From: an uncultured delta proteobacterium
GTDB taxonomy: Bacteria > Myxococcota_A > Polyangia > Polyangiales > JADJMO01
DNA: 55,466 nucleotides
Assembly: GCA_903923175.1 (NCBI GenBank)
Contig: CAIXWQ010001095.1
Location: forward strand, 1 to 55,466
Direction: 5' to 3'
This document shows positions 28,204 to 36,388 of this stretch, one piece after another; the first letter of the stretch is position 1; the number at the start of each line of letters is the position of its first letter. The notes beneath the pieces were generated by a model that was given only the letters and a program-made list of their open reading frames with translations, searched no databases and was not told the origin of the DNA. The position numbers and the translations under genes were made by a program.

Positions 28204-29606
28204 CGGACGAACACGTAGGCTTGCGCCGAGAGATCCGCGCTCGAGGGGGCGCCGCCGCTGGCGTCGTAACAGGTGCACGCGCACACGTCGCCGTGCCGGG
28301 TGTTCGCGTCGGTGCCGCAGGAGGACCCGGCGCCGCCCACGCCGAGGCGCGAGTCGGGCGAGTCGCAATTGGTCTGCTCGTTGCCGAGGATGCCGAGCCG
28401 CACGGACATCGCGCCCGCCACCACGTTGAGCCCTTCGCGGTTGCAGTTCTTCTGGAGCGCGGAGCCGGGCAGCGCGTCGAGCCACGCCCCGCGCCCGCCT
28501 CCGCTGGTCGCCACGTACGCCCCGGTCGCGAAGAGCTGCGCGAGCGACGCAGGCGGGTACGTGAGCCCTCCCGGCAGGCCGCTGGTCGGCAGCCCGAGCA
28601 GGACGTACTTGGTCGGCGTCGCCGAGGAGGGGGCCATCGCGACGCGCAAGGCGTGGACCGGGATCGACAGGAAGCCTTCGAATTTCGCCTCGCTGGCCGC
28701 GAGATCCGGCGAGCCCGCCAGCAGGTTCGAGTCGGTCCAGAGCGCCGCTTCGTAGCTGAACGTCGGCGCGCTCTTCGAGGCCTTCAAGACGAGCGTCCAT
28801 CCGCCGACGTCGGCGCCCGCGCCGACCATCGCGCAGTACGCGCTCCACGGCGAGGCGGCGCCGGCGCGCGTGGAGGCGAGGGGGTAGGTCGCGCTCGGCG
28901 CGCCGGGATCGCCCGCGAAGATCTGATCGCACGACGTCGCGAGCGCGCACTCGTTCGCGGTGCAGAGCCGCCCGCCGCAGTCGGCCGCGGCGCTGCAGTG
29001 CTTGCCCACGGCGCAGCCGCGGCCGCACGCCACGCCGCAGTCGACGTCCGCCTCGCCGGCGTCGAGCACGCCGTTGTTGCAGCCGACCGGCACGCAGACG
29101 CCGAACGTGGTGCACGCGGTGCTCCCACAGTCGACGCCGGCGTGGCAGCGCCCGCCGTTCGGGCACTTGGTGCAGTGACCGCCGCAGTCGACGTCGCTCT
29201 CGTCGCCGTCCTGAACGCCGTCTCGGCAGCTGTCGGCGTCCGGGGCGAGCAGGGTGTCGGCGGCGTCCGCGGCGTCCGCCGCATCCGCCGCGTCGGCGCC
29301 GGACACCGCGTCGAGCGCGTCGGTGGTGAACGTCGAATCGGTCGCGTCGGCGACGTCTTCGGCCGCGTCGCCGCCCCCCTCGACGGCGTCGGCGCCGAGC
29401 GTGTCGGTGGCGTCGTCTCCCGACTCGGCGACCGTGGTGTCGGCGGCGCCGTCGAGCACGGCATCGTCGCCCACGCTCGCGTCGCCGACCTCGTCCGCGG
29501 TGTCCTCGCCGGCGCCGTCGGTCGACTCGAGCCCCAGCCCCGCAGCGTCGATGGAGCAGGATGCGGTCGAGAGGAGCGCGAGCAGCAGCGCGACACGGCG
29601 CGTCAT
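28200..29606 (-). CDS. Secreted/lipoprotein with acidic linker, Cys-rich repeats and fibrinogen-like (YCxxxxxGGW) domain
   Basis: Signal peptide ...LSTASC; D/A/T-rich linker; two C.DG..D..E.DVDCG repeats; SCDQI...AYCAM...GGWTLVLK. Confidence 0.78.
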   Translation of the reverse strand: MTRRVALLLALLSTASCSIDAAGLGLESTDGAGEDTADEVGDASVGDDAVLDGAADTTVAESGDDATDTLGADAVEGGGDAAEDVADATDSTFTTDALDAVSGADAADAADAADAADTLLAPDADSCRDGVQDGDESDVDCGGHCTKCPNGGRCHAGVDCGSTACTTFGVCVPVGCNNGVLDAGEADVDCGVACGRGCAVGKHCSAAADCGGRLCTANECALATSCDQIFAGDPGAPSATYPLASTRAGAASPWSAYCAMVGAGADVGGWTLVLKASKSAPTFSYEAALWTDSNLLAGSPDLAASEAKFEGFLSIPVHALRVAMAPSSATPTKYVLLGLPTSGLPGGLTYPPASLAQLFATGAYVATSGGGRGAWLDALPGSALQKNCNREGLNVVAGAMSVRLGILGNEQTNCDSPDSRLGVGGAGSSCGTDANTRHGDVCACTCYDASGGAPSSADLSAQAYVFVR

Positions 29607-29660
29607 CGGGCCATGCTAGCATGATTTCCGGCGAATCCGAGGCGACCCGAGGGTGGCGCT

Positions 29661-29692
29661 GCCTCGCCGCGGCCTCGCCGCTGCCTCGCCGC
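29661..29692. repeat. 11-bp period tandem repeat (GCCTCGCCGC x3)
   Basis: Copies at 29661, 29672 and 29683 in the divergent intergenic region. Confidence 0.8.
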
Positions 29693-29789
29693 GCGCCGAG
29701 GGCGTGACCGTCGAGCTCGCGAGGGTCAGCGGCCCGTTCCCGGTGACGCGGAGGTCGCCCGCCGGAAGCGTCGATCGGCGCCGAAGCGC

Positions 29790-29818
29790 TTGCAGGCGCC
29801 TTCCGGTGGTGCTACCTG
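29790..29818 (+). promoter_or_regulatory. Sigma70-like promoter candidate
   Basis: TTGCAG-17 bp-TACCTG with TG extended -10. Confidence 0.45.
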
Positions 29819-29824
29819 GTGCGA

Positions 29825-29963
29825 TCGGACGCGCCCTCGCGACGTCGTGCCCGCATTCTCATGTGCCGGCCGGCTCCGCGCGCAGTGACGACGTCCGAAG
29901 TGGGGTCGTGGCGAAGGGTCGCGCAGTGGCCCGGCTTCATTGCCCCGTCGCGTCGGGCTCCGA
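29825..29963 (+). ncRNA. Candidate rod-like structured RNA or leader of the SNF2 gene
   Basis: End-to-end pairing by eye: TCGGA/TCCGA, GCCC/GGGC, CGCGACG/CGTCGCG, GCCGG/CCGGC, ACGAC/GTCGT; starts about 6 nt after the putative -10. Confidence 0.3.
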
Positions 29964-30095
29964 ACGAGCCCCCGCGGTTGAGCGTTCCGAGTCTGCGATC
30001 CGCCCGGCGCAGTGGGGCTTTCCCCGCATGCGGCCTCGCGGTCCTGCGCACGCGCCGGCGTGCAGAGAGAACGAGTCGACGCTTTGTCGAGCCCG

Positions 30096-33000
30096 ATGAC
30101 TGACCGGGTCCCTGCGCGCGGGCCTTTCGCCGATGCCGTCGCGTCGCTGAGCGACCGTGCCCTGCGCCGCCTCCTCGGCGCGCGCGCCTACCTCCGGGGT
30201 TGCGACTACGTGCGTAGGCACGCCGTCTCCGACCTCTTCGTCGAGGATCACGGCGCCCGCGCCGTCGTCCGTGGCACGGCCCAGACGCCGTACGAAGTCC
30301 GCGTGACGCTGTCCTCGAACGACATCTCGTCGCAGTGCAGCTGCCCCGCGTTCTCCAAGATCGACGGCCACTGCAAGCACGTGGCCGCCCTGCTCATCGC
30401 GCTGCGAGATCAGGTGCGCGGGCCCCGGCAGCCCCACCCCGCCAGCGCCCGCGACGGCCAGAACGGCCAGAGCTCCCAGCACTCGCAGGGCGCCCAGCAC
30501 TCGCAGGGCGCGCACAACGGTCACAACGGTCACAACGGCCGCGACACCCGTGACGGCGAGCCGAGCTCGGTCGTCGAGTCGAGCGCCCGCGGCGAGGATG
30601 CGCGTGACGCGCGTGATGGCCGCGACCGCGACGGTCGTGACGCCGGGCCGCGCAGCGATCTCGATCCGCTCTCGCGCCGCGTGCGCCGCGGGCGTCGGCC
30701 GCCGTTGCACACCGTGCACGCGGGCGGCGGCGGGACGAACCTCTCGCCGGCCCGCGGCGTGCCGTCGCAGAGCGGCCTCGAGGCCTGGTTCCCCGACGAC
30801 ATCCCCGCGCACGGCTACGCCGATCTCGAGTTCCGCGTCACCGTGCGCGCGTCCTCGCTCAACGTCGTGGTGATGGACCCTGCGCTGCGCGCGCCCGTAG
30901 CGCCGAGCGAGGCGCTGTCGGTCATGGCGCTCTCGCCCAACGGCGATCGCGAGGCGCTGCGCCTGCTCGCGCGCCTCGAGCGCGGCGACGCGCGCCGCGG
31001 CCTCGAGCTCCGCGGTGAGGACGCGGCCGACCTCGTCACGCGGCTGGAGGGGCGGCGCGTCCTGGTCGAGCCCTCGCTCATGCAGCTCCGATGGAGCGAC
31101 GAGCCGCTCCGCTGCCGCTTCGACCTCGAGCTCGCGCGCAAGCAGCAGCCGAGCAACGGCACTCCGGATCAGGAGGCGCTGGTCGTGCGCGCCTCGTTCG
31201 AGCGCAAGAGCGACGGCCGCCGCTTCCAGCTGCAGAGCGGCGCCTGGTTCGAAGGCGCGCCCGGCTGGCACATCGACGTCACCGAGGGGATCGCGCGGCC
31301 GCTCGAGAAGCGTGTGACGCCGGCCTGGCTGCAGCGCCTCTGGCGCACGCCGCAGCTGTCGTTCCCGCTCGGCGAGCTGCCGCGCCTGCTCTCGGAGTCG
31401 ATCCCCAAGATCGCGGCCGAGGTCGGCGCCGAGCTCCCCGCGATCGCCGAGGTGGCCGAGGAGATCGATCTCGCGCCGCACTTCAAGCTGCGCGCGTTCG
31501 GCGAGCTCATCGAGGCGCGCGTGCAGATCTCGGCCGCCTACGGCGACGTCGAGATCGAGGTCCGCGCCGACGGGATGTCGCCGCCGATCGCGGTGCTCCC
31601 GCCGCTCGGCCCGGGCAAGAAGGCGCGCTGCGTGCGCGCCAACGTGCTCGAGCAGCAGGAGGCGGTCGAGAAGGTGCGCCTGCTCGGCTTCCTCCCCGAC
31701 GAGGAGGGCAAGGGGCTCGTCTGCCGGAGCGACGACGCCATCGCTTTCTGGTCCGAAGGGCTCGGCACGCTCCCCGAAGACTGGGAATTCTTCGTCCCCG
31801 ACGATCTCGTCGACGTGCAGATGCGCCCCGACACCGTCGGCGCGCGCGCGCGCGTCTCGAGCGGCATGGACTGGCTCTCGGTGAAGCTCACGTTCGGCTC
31901 GGGCGGCGTGACGGTGCCGCCGGACGAGCTCGCGCGCTGCCTCACCGAGGGGCGCCGCTACGTGAAGCTCGAGGACGGCAGCTTCGCGAAGTTCGACGCG
32001 GCCAAGGTCCGCGAAGTGCTCGCGCGGCAGGCCGAGATCCTCGTCGGCAGCAAGGGCGGCAAGATCTCGCTCGCGCAGGCGGGGCGCGTGCAGGAGCTGT
32101 TGCAGCACGTCGCGCAGGCGCAGGTCGCCCCCGAGGCGAAGGCGCTGTTCGAGAAGATCAGCTCGGTCGAGGCGATCGAGCCGGTGAAGAAGCCGCGGGG
32201 CCTCAAGGCCACGCTGCGCCCGTATCAGGAGCAAGGGCTCGCCTGGCTCGCCTTCCTTCACGAGCTCGGCAGCGGCGGCGTCCTCGCCGACGACATGGGC
32301 CTCGGCAAGACGGTCGAGACCATCGCGCTGCTCCTGCACCTCAAGAACGAGCGCAAGAAGCGGATCGAGGCGGGCGAGGAGGGCGGTCCGTCGCTCACCC
32401 TGATCGTCGCGCCGACCTCGGTCGTGCCGAACTGGCTGCGCGAGATCGAGAAGTTCGCCCCGACCCTCAAGGCGATGTCCTGGCACGGCCAGGATCGTCA
32501 CGAGCGCGTCGAGGAGATCGGCGATCACGACATCCTGATCACGAGCTACGCGCTCATGCGTCGCGACGAGGAGCAGCTCGGCAAGCTCGACCTCTCGTAC
32601 GTCATCCTCGACGAGGCGCAGCAGATCAAGAACCCGCTCTCGGCCACCGCGAAGTCGGCCAAGAAGCTCAAGTCGCACCGGCGCCTCGCGCTGACCGGCA
32701 CGCCGATCGAGAACCGCCTGAGCGAGATCTGGTCGATCTTCGAATTTGTCTCCCCCGGCATGCTCGGCGAGCTCGCCCGCTTCGAGCAGCGCTACGCCAC
32801 ACCGATCGATCGCGGCGACTCCAAGGCCGCGGCGAGGCTGCGCGCCACGATTCACCCGTTCGTGCTCCGCCGCACGAAAGAGGAGGTCGCCAAGGATCTC
32901 CCCGAGAAGATCGAGATCGATCAGCCGGTGGATCTCGCGACCGAGCAGCAGAAGCTCTACGGCCAGGTGCTCCAGGAGGTGCGCGCGAGCGTGCTCGGCG

Positions 33001-33632
33001 AGGTCGAGCGCGTCGGCGTCGCCAAGGCGCACATCCAGATCCTCGCGGCGCTCACCAGGCTCCGTCAGGTCGCCTGCGATCCGCGCCTGCTCCACCTGCC
33101 GCGCGCGTTCGGCGACGAGGATTCGGGCAAGCTCGCCGCGCTGCGCGAGCTCGTCTCCGAGGCCTACTCGGGCGGCCACCGCGTGCTGGTGTTCTCGCAG
33201 TTCGTCACGATGCTGCAGATCATCAAGAAGGCGCTCGACGAGGACGGCATCAAGTACGAGTACCTCGACGGCTCCACCAAGGACCGCTCGGAGCGCGTCG
33301 ATCGCTTCCAGAACGATCCGACCGTCACCGTGTTCCTCATCTCGCTCAAGGCGGGCGGCTTCGGCCTCAACCTGACGGGCGCCGACACGGTCGTGCACTT
33401 CGACCCCTGGTGGAACCCGGCGGTCGAGGATCAGGCGACCGACCGCGCGCACCGCATCGGGCAGACGAAGGTCGTCACCGCGTACAAGCTCATCGCCAAG
33501 GGGACGATCGAAGAGAAGATCGTCCAGCTCGCGGCGAAGAAGCGCGGCCTCGTCGAGACCGTGCTCACCGAGGACGCCGGCGGCGCGAAGAAGCTGACCA
33601 AGGCCGACGTCGACGATCTCTTCGCGGATTGA
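30096..33632 (+). CDS. SWIM zinc finger SNF2-family (DEAQ) helicase/ATPase
   Basis: SWIM CSCP...CKHVAALL; LRPYQEQG, LADDMGLGKT, ILDEAQQIKN, LTGTPIENRLSE, SGKL, LVFSQF, YLDGST, LKAGGFGLNLT, WWNPAVEDQATDRAHRIGQ. Confidence 0.95.
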   Translation: MTDRVPARGPFADAVASLSDRALRRLLGARAYLRGCDYVRRHAVSDLFVEDHGARAVVRGTAQTPYEVRVTLSSNDISSQCSCPAFSKIDGHCKHVAALLIALRDQVRGPRQPHPASARDGQNGQSSQHSQGAQHSQGAHNGHNGHNGRDTRDGEPSSVVESSARGEDARDARDGRDRDGRDAGPRSDLDPLSRRVRRGRRPPLHTVHAGGGGTNLSPARGVPSQSGLEAWFPDDIPAHGYADLEFRVTVRASSLNVVVMDPALRAPVAPSEALSVMALSPNGDREALRLLARLERGDARRGLELRGEDAADLVTRLEGRRVLVEPSLMQLRWSDEPLRCRFDLELARKQQPSNGTPDQEALVVRASFERKSDGRRFQLQSGAWFEGAPGWHIDVTEGIARPLEKRVTPAWLQRLWRTPQLSFPLGELPRLLSESIPKIAAEVGAELPAIAEVAEEIDLAPHFKLRAFGELIEARVQISAAYGDVEIEVRADGMSPPIAVLPPLGPGKKARCVRANVLEQQEAVEKVRLLGFLPDEEGKGLVCRSDDAIAFWSEGLGTLPEDWEFFVPDDLVDVQMRPDTVGARARVSSGMDWLSVKLTFGSGGVTVPPDELARCLTEGRRYVKLEDGSFAKFDAAKVREVLARQAEILVGSKGGKISLAQAGRVQELLQHVAQAQVAPEAKALFEKISSVEAIEPVKKPRGLKATLRPYQEQGLAWLAFLHELGSGGVLADDMGLGKTVETIALLLHLKNERKKRIEAGEEGGPSLTLIVAPTSVVPNWLREIEKFAPTLKAMSWHGQDRHERVEEIGDHDILITSYALMRRDEEQLGKLDLSYVILDEAQQIKNPLSATAKSAKKLKSHRRLALTGTPIENRLSEIWSIFEFVSPGMLGELARFEQRYATPIDRGDSKAAARLRATIHPFVLRRTKEEVAKDLPEKIEIDQPVDLATEQQKLYGQVLQEVRASVLGEVERVGVAKAHIQILAALTRLRQVACDPRLLHLPRAFGDEDSGKLAALRELVSEAYSGGHRVLVFSQFVTMLQIIKKALDEDGIKYEYLDGSTKDRSERVDRFQNDPTVTVFLISLKAGGFGLNLTGADTVVHFDPWWNPAVEDQATDRAHRIGQTKVVTAYKLIAKGTIEEKIVQLAAKKRGLVETVLTEDAGGAKKLTKADVDDLFAD
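30477..30539 (+). repeat. 18-bp x2 and 9-bp x3 coding tandem repeats (QHSQGA x2, HNG x3)
   Basis: cagcactcgcagggcgc(c/g) x2, then cacaacgg(t/c) x3. Confidence 0.85.
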
Positions 33633-33741
33633 GCTCGGCGCGAACGAACCGCTCGCGGGCCCTCGCCGCGGGCGGCAAAGCGGAGTCGCGCTCGTGCCGC
33701 GCTGCTTTGCTGAATCCCTATGTCGGGGGAGGACAATCCAG

Positions 33742-33762
33742 CGATACCGTTACTGGGTATCG
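33742..33762. promoter_or_regulatory. Perfect 7-7-7 palindrome abutting the kinase start codon
   Basis: CGATACC-GTTACTG-GGTATCG immediately before ATG 33763. Confidence 0.5.
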
Positions 33763-35379
33763 ATGTCCGAGCCCTCGCTCCTGCCCGGCGCCCAGTTCGG
33801 CAAGTACCGGATCTCTCGCCTGCTCGGCGAGGGGGCGATGGGGGCGGTGTACGAGGCGGAGCACGGGGAGCTCCGCAAGCGCGTCGCGATCAAGATCCTC
33901 GGCGAGTCGGTGCGCAAGCACCACGAGGCGTCGACGCGGTTCGTGCGCGAGGGCGAGGTCGCCGCGCGGGTCCGGCACCCGCACGTCGTCGACATCGCCG
34001 ACGTCGGGGTCGAGCAGGGGCTGCCTTACCTCGTCATGGAGTTCCTCGACGGCGAGGATCTCCAGGCGCGCGTGCAGCGCGGCGCGCTCGGCCTGGAGGA
34101 GACGGTCGACACGCTGCTGCCGATCCTTTCGGCGGTGCAGGCCGCCCACGACGAAGGGATCATCCACCGCGACATCAAGCCCGCGAACATCTATCTGGCG
34201 CGGACGCGCCACGGCGCGCTGCAGCCCAAGCTGCTCGATTTCGGCATCTCGAAGGTCGCGCAGGCCTTCGGCGGCAGCGACCTCACGCGCACCAGCTCGC
34301 TCCTCGGCTCGCCGTTCTGGATGGCGCCGGAGCAGGTCCACGGCGCCAAGTACATCGACGCGCGCAGCGATCAGTACGCGCTCGGCGTGGTGCTCTACCA
34401 GTGCCTCACCGGCAGCCTGCCGTTCGTGCGCGACGATCTGTACCCGCTGCTGCACGCCATCCTCAACGACCCGCTCACGCCGCCGCGCGCGCTCCGCGCC
34501 GAGATCGCGTCGGAGCTCGAGGCCGTGATCCTGCGCGCGATGTCGCGCGACGCGGCGATGCGCTTCCCCAGCGTCCTCGCCTTCGGACAGGCGCTCCTGC
34601 CGTTCGCGAGCGGTACGGTGCGCGCGGTGTGGGCCCCGGCGTTCTGGGGCGAGGGGCACGCCGGCGCGTCGAGCGCGTCCGCGCCGTCGCCGCCGAGCCT
34701 CGTCGGCGCCGTCACCGGGCCGGGCGTCTCCTCGGTCGTCGGTAGCCAGCCAGGGCGCCCCACGCGGAGGCACGTGCGGCTCTTCGCCCTCGCGCTCGTT
34801 GCCGTCGTCGGCCTCTCCGCGACCGCCGCGCTCACGCTGCGCGGCAGGAACGGCGCGCGCGGAGCCGCGGCGGCGTCCAGCGCCACGACCAAGCCTGCGG
34901 CGTCGTCCTTCGCGGTCCAGCTCGTGACCGATCCGGCCACCGCGCAGATCGCGATCGACGGGCAGGTCGTCGGTACGGGCGCGTTCGCGCGCACGCTCGA
35001 GCCGGACGGCAAGGACCACGTGCTGCGCGTGAGCGCCGACGGCTTCCTCACCCGCGAGCTGCTGTTCCACGACGCGCCGCCGCCCTCGAAGGTGACGCTC
35101 GAGAGGCCGGCCGCTCCGGCCGATTCGCCGCGCGCGAGAGAGGCCGAGGGCGTGGCGTCGAGCGCGCCGAGCGCGCCGAGCGTGTCGAGCGCGTCGAAGA
35201 CCGTCGAACGCGCCCGCGCCGTGAACCCTGGCGTGGCCGCCGCGGCGACCGTCGTGCCCGCCGCGAGCGCCGGACCGCAGCCCGCCGTGCCGCCTCCACC
35301 GCCCCCCACCGCCGTCCCAGCTCCGACCTCCGCTGCGACCACGGTGCTCGGCAACAACGGAATCACCAAGGTGCGTTGA
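33763..35379 (+). CDS. Membrane Hanks-type Ser/Thr kinase with extracytoplasmic PEGA-like domain
   Basis: GEGAMGAVY, VAIK, HRDIKPANI, DFG, GSPFWMAPEQ, DQYALG; TM LFALALVAVVGLSATAALTL; TDPATAQIAIDG...VLRVSADGF. Confidence 0.93.
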   Translation: MSEPSLLPGAQFGKYRISRLLGEGAMGAVYEAEHGELRKRVAIKILGESVRKHHEASTRFVREGEVAARVRHPHVVDIADVGVEQGLPYLVMEFLDGEDLQARVQRGALGLEETVDTLLPILSAVQAAHDEGIIHRDIKPANIYLARTRHGALQPKLLDFGISKVAQAFGGSDLTRTSSLLGSPFWMAPEQVHGAKYIDARSDQYALGVVLYQCLTGSLPFVRDDLYPLLHAILNDPLTPPRALRAEIASELEAVILRAMSRDAAMRFPSVLAFGQALLPFASGTVRAVWAPAFWGEGHAGASSASAPSPPSLVGAVTGPGVSSVVGSQPGRPTRRHVRLFALALVAVVGLSATAALTLRGRNGARGAAAASSATTKPAASSFAVQLVTDPATAQIAIDGQVVGTGAFARTLEPDGKDHVLRVSADGFLTRELLFHDAPPPSKVTLERPAAPADSPRAREAEGVASSAPSAPSVSSASKTVERARAVNPGVAAAATVVPAASAGPQPAVPPPPPPTAVPAPTSAATTVLGNNGITKVR

Positions 35380-35383
35380 CCGC

Positions 35384-36388
35384 ATGCGAACGACCGCTCG
35401 CTCGCCCCTCTCCCTCGCCGCTGCCGCCGCCTTCGCGGTCCTCCTGCTGCTGCCGACCGGCGCCCTCGCGCAGGTCTCGTCCGACGCGCTCTACGACGAA
35501 GCGATCGTGCTCAGCGACCAAGGTCGGCACGACGCGGCCTACGCGAAATTCAAGGACGCGTGGGAGCAGGGGAAGCTGCCGCGCGCGCGCGCCCAGATGG
35601 CGCTCGAGCAGGCCGAGCTCGGGCGGTGGCTGAACGCGGAGGGGGACCTGCTCGCTGCGCTCGCCTTCGAGGGCGACGCGTGGATCACGAGCCACAAGGC
35701 CGCGCTCCTGGAGAACCTCCAGAAGATCCAGTCGCACCTCGGCTGGCTCGAGGTCAAAGGGGAGCCGGGCGCGGCGATCGTGCTCAACGGTCAGCCGCTC
35801 GGCGTGCTGCCGCTCGCGAAGCCCGCGCGCGTCGAGGTCGGCGAGCTCACGCTCGAAGCGAGCAAGGACGGCTACTACCCGCTGTCGAAGCCCGTGAAGA
35901 TCCAGGCTGGCGTCACCTCGACCGTCGCGCTCGATCTCGCGAAGCGCGCGCCGCTGCCGACGACGGAGGGCCGCGCGGGCGAGGCGACCCGCACGCCCTC
36001 GCCGAGCGGGCGACCCGCGGACGTGGACGACTCGACGCGGAGGTCGGTCGCGTACGTCGGGCTCGGGGTCGCCGTCGTCGCGACCGGGTTCGGGACGCTC
36101 GCGCTCCTCGAGCGCAACTCGGCGGCGAACGGCTACAACGCGGACGCGTCGTGCCCCGGCGAGGGCGCGCCGGCGCAGCCGGGCGGGTGCGGCGATCGGC
36201 TCTCTTCGGTGCGCAGCTGGCGCACGGCCTCGATCGTCGGGTTCGGCGTCGGCGGCGCCCTCGGAATCGGCTCGATCGTGCTGCTCGTGACCGCGCCTTC
36301 GGCCTCGGCGCCCTCGGCGACCTCGGCCACCTGGGCGTGCGGTGGCGGACCCGGCGACGTCGGCGTCGCGTGTCGGGTGGCGTTCTGA
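35384..36388 (+). CDS. TPR-like + PEGA domain protein
   Basis: Signal peptide; helical LYDEAIVLSDQGRHDAAYAKF; PEGA LEVKGEPGAAIVLNG...LEASKDGY; two hydrophobic segments; ends ...RVAF. Confidence 0.8.
   Translation: MRTTARSPLSLAAAAAFAVLLLLPTGALAQVSSDALYDEAIVLSDQGRHDAAYAKFKDAWEQGKLPRARAQMALEQAELGRWLNAEGDLLAALAFEGDAWITSHKAALLENLQKIQSHLGWLEVKGEPGAAIVLNGQPLGVLPLAKPARVEVGELTLEASKDGYYPLSKPVKIQAGVTSTVALDLAKRAPLPTTEGRAGEATRTPSPSGRPADVDDSTRRSVAYVGLGVAVVATGFGTLALLERNSAANGYNADASCPGEGAPAQPGGCGDRLSSVRSWRTASIVGFGVGGALGIGSIVLLVTAPSASAPSATSATWACGGGPGDVGVACRVAF

Noticed and set aside
29661-29692. Short direct repeats as a CRISPR array
   Set aside because: Units are 6-18 bp, contiguous, with no unique spacers and no cas genes.
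29825-29963. Identification of the structured region as SRP, RNase P, tmRNA or a tRNA
   Set aside because: None of their conserved signature sequences or a cloverleaf could be found; kept only as an unassigned candidate.
30096-33632. SNF2 helicase as part of an anti-phage system
   Set aside because: SWIM-SNF2 is a widespread stand-alone family; no methylase, nuclease or other defence gene is adjacent.
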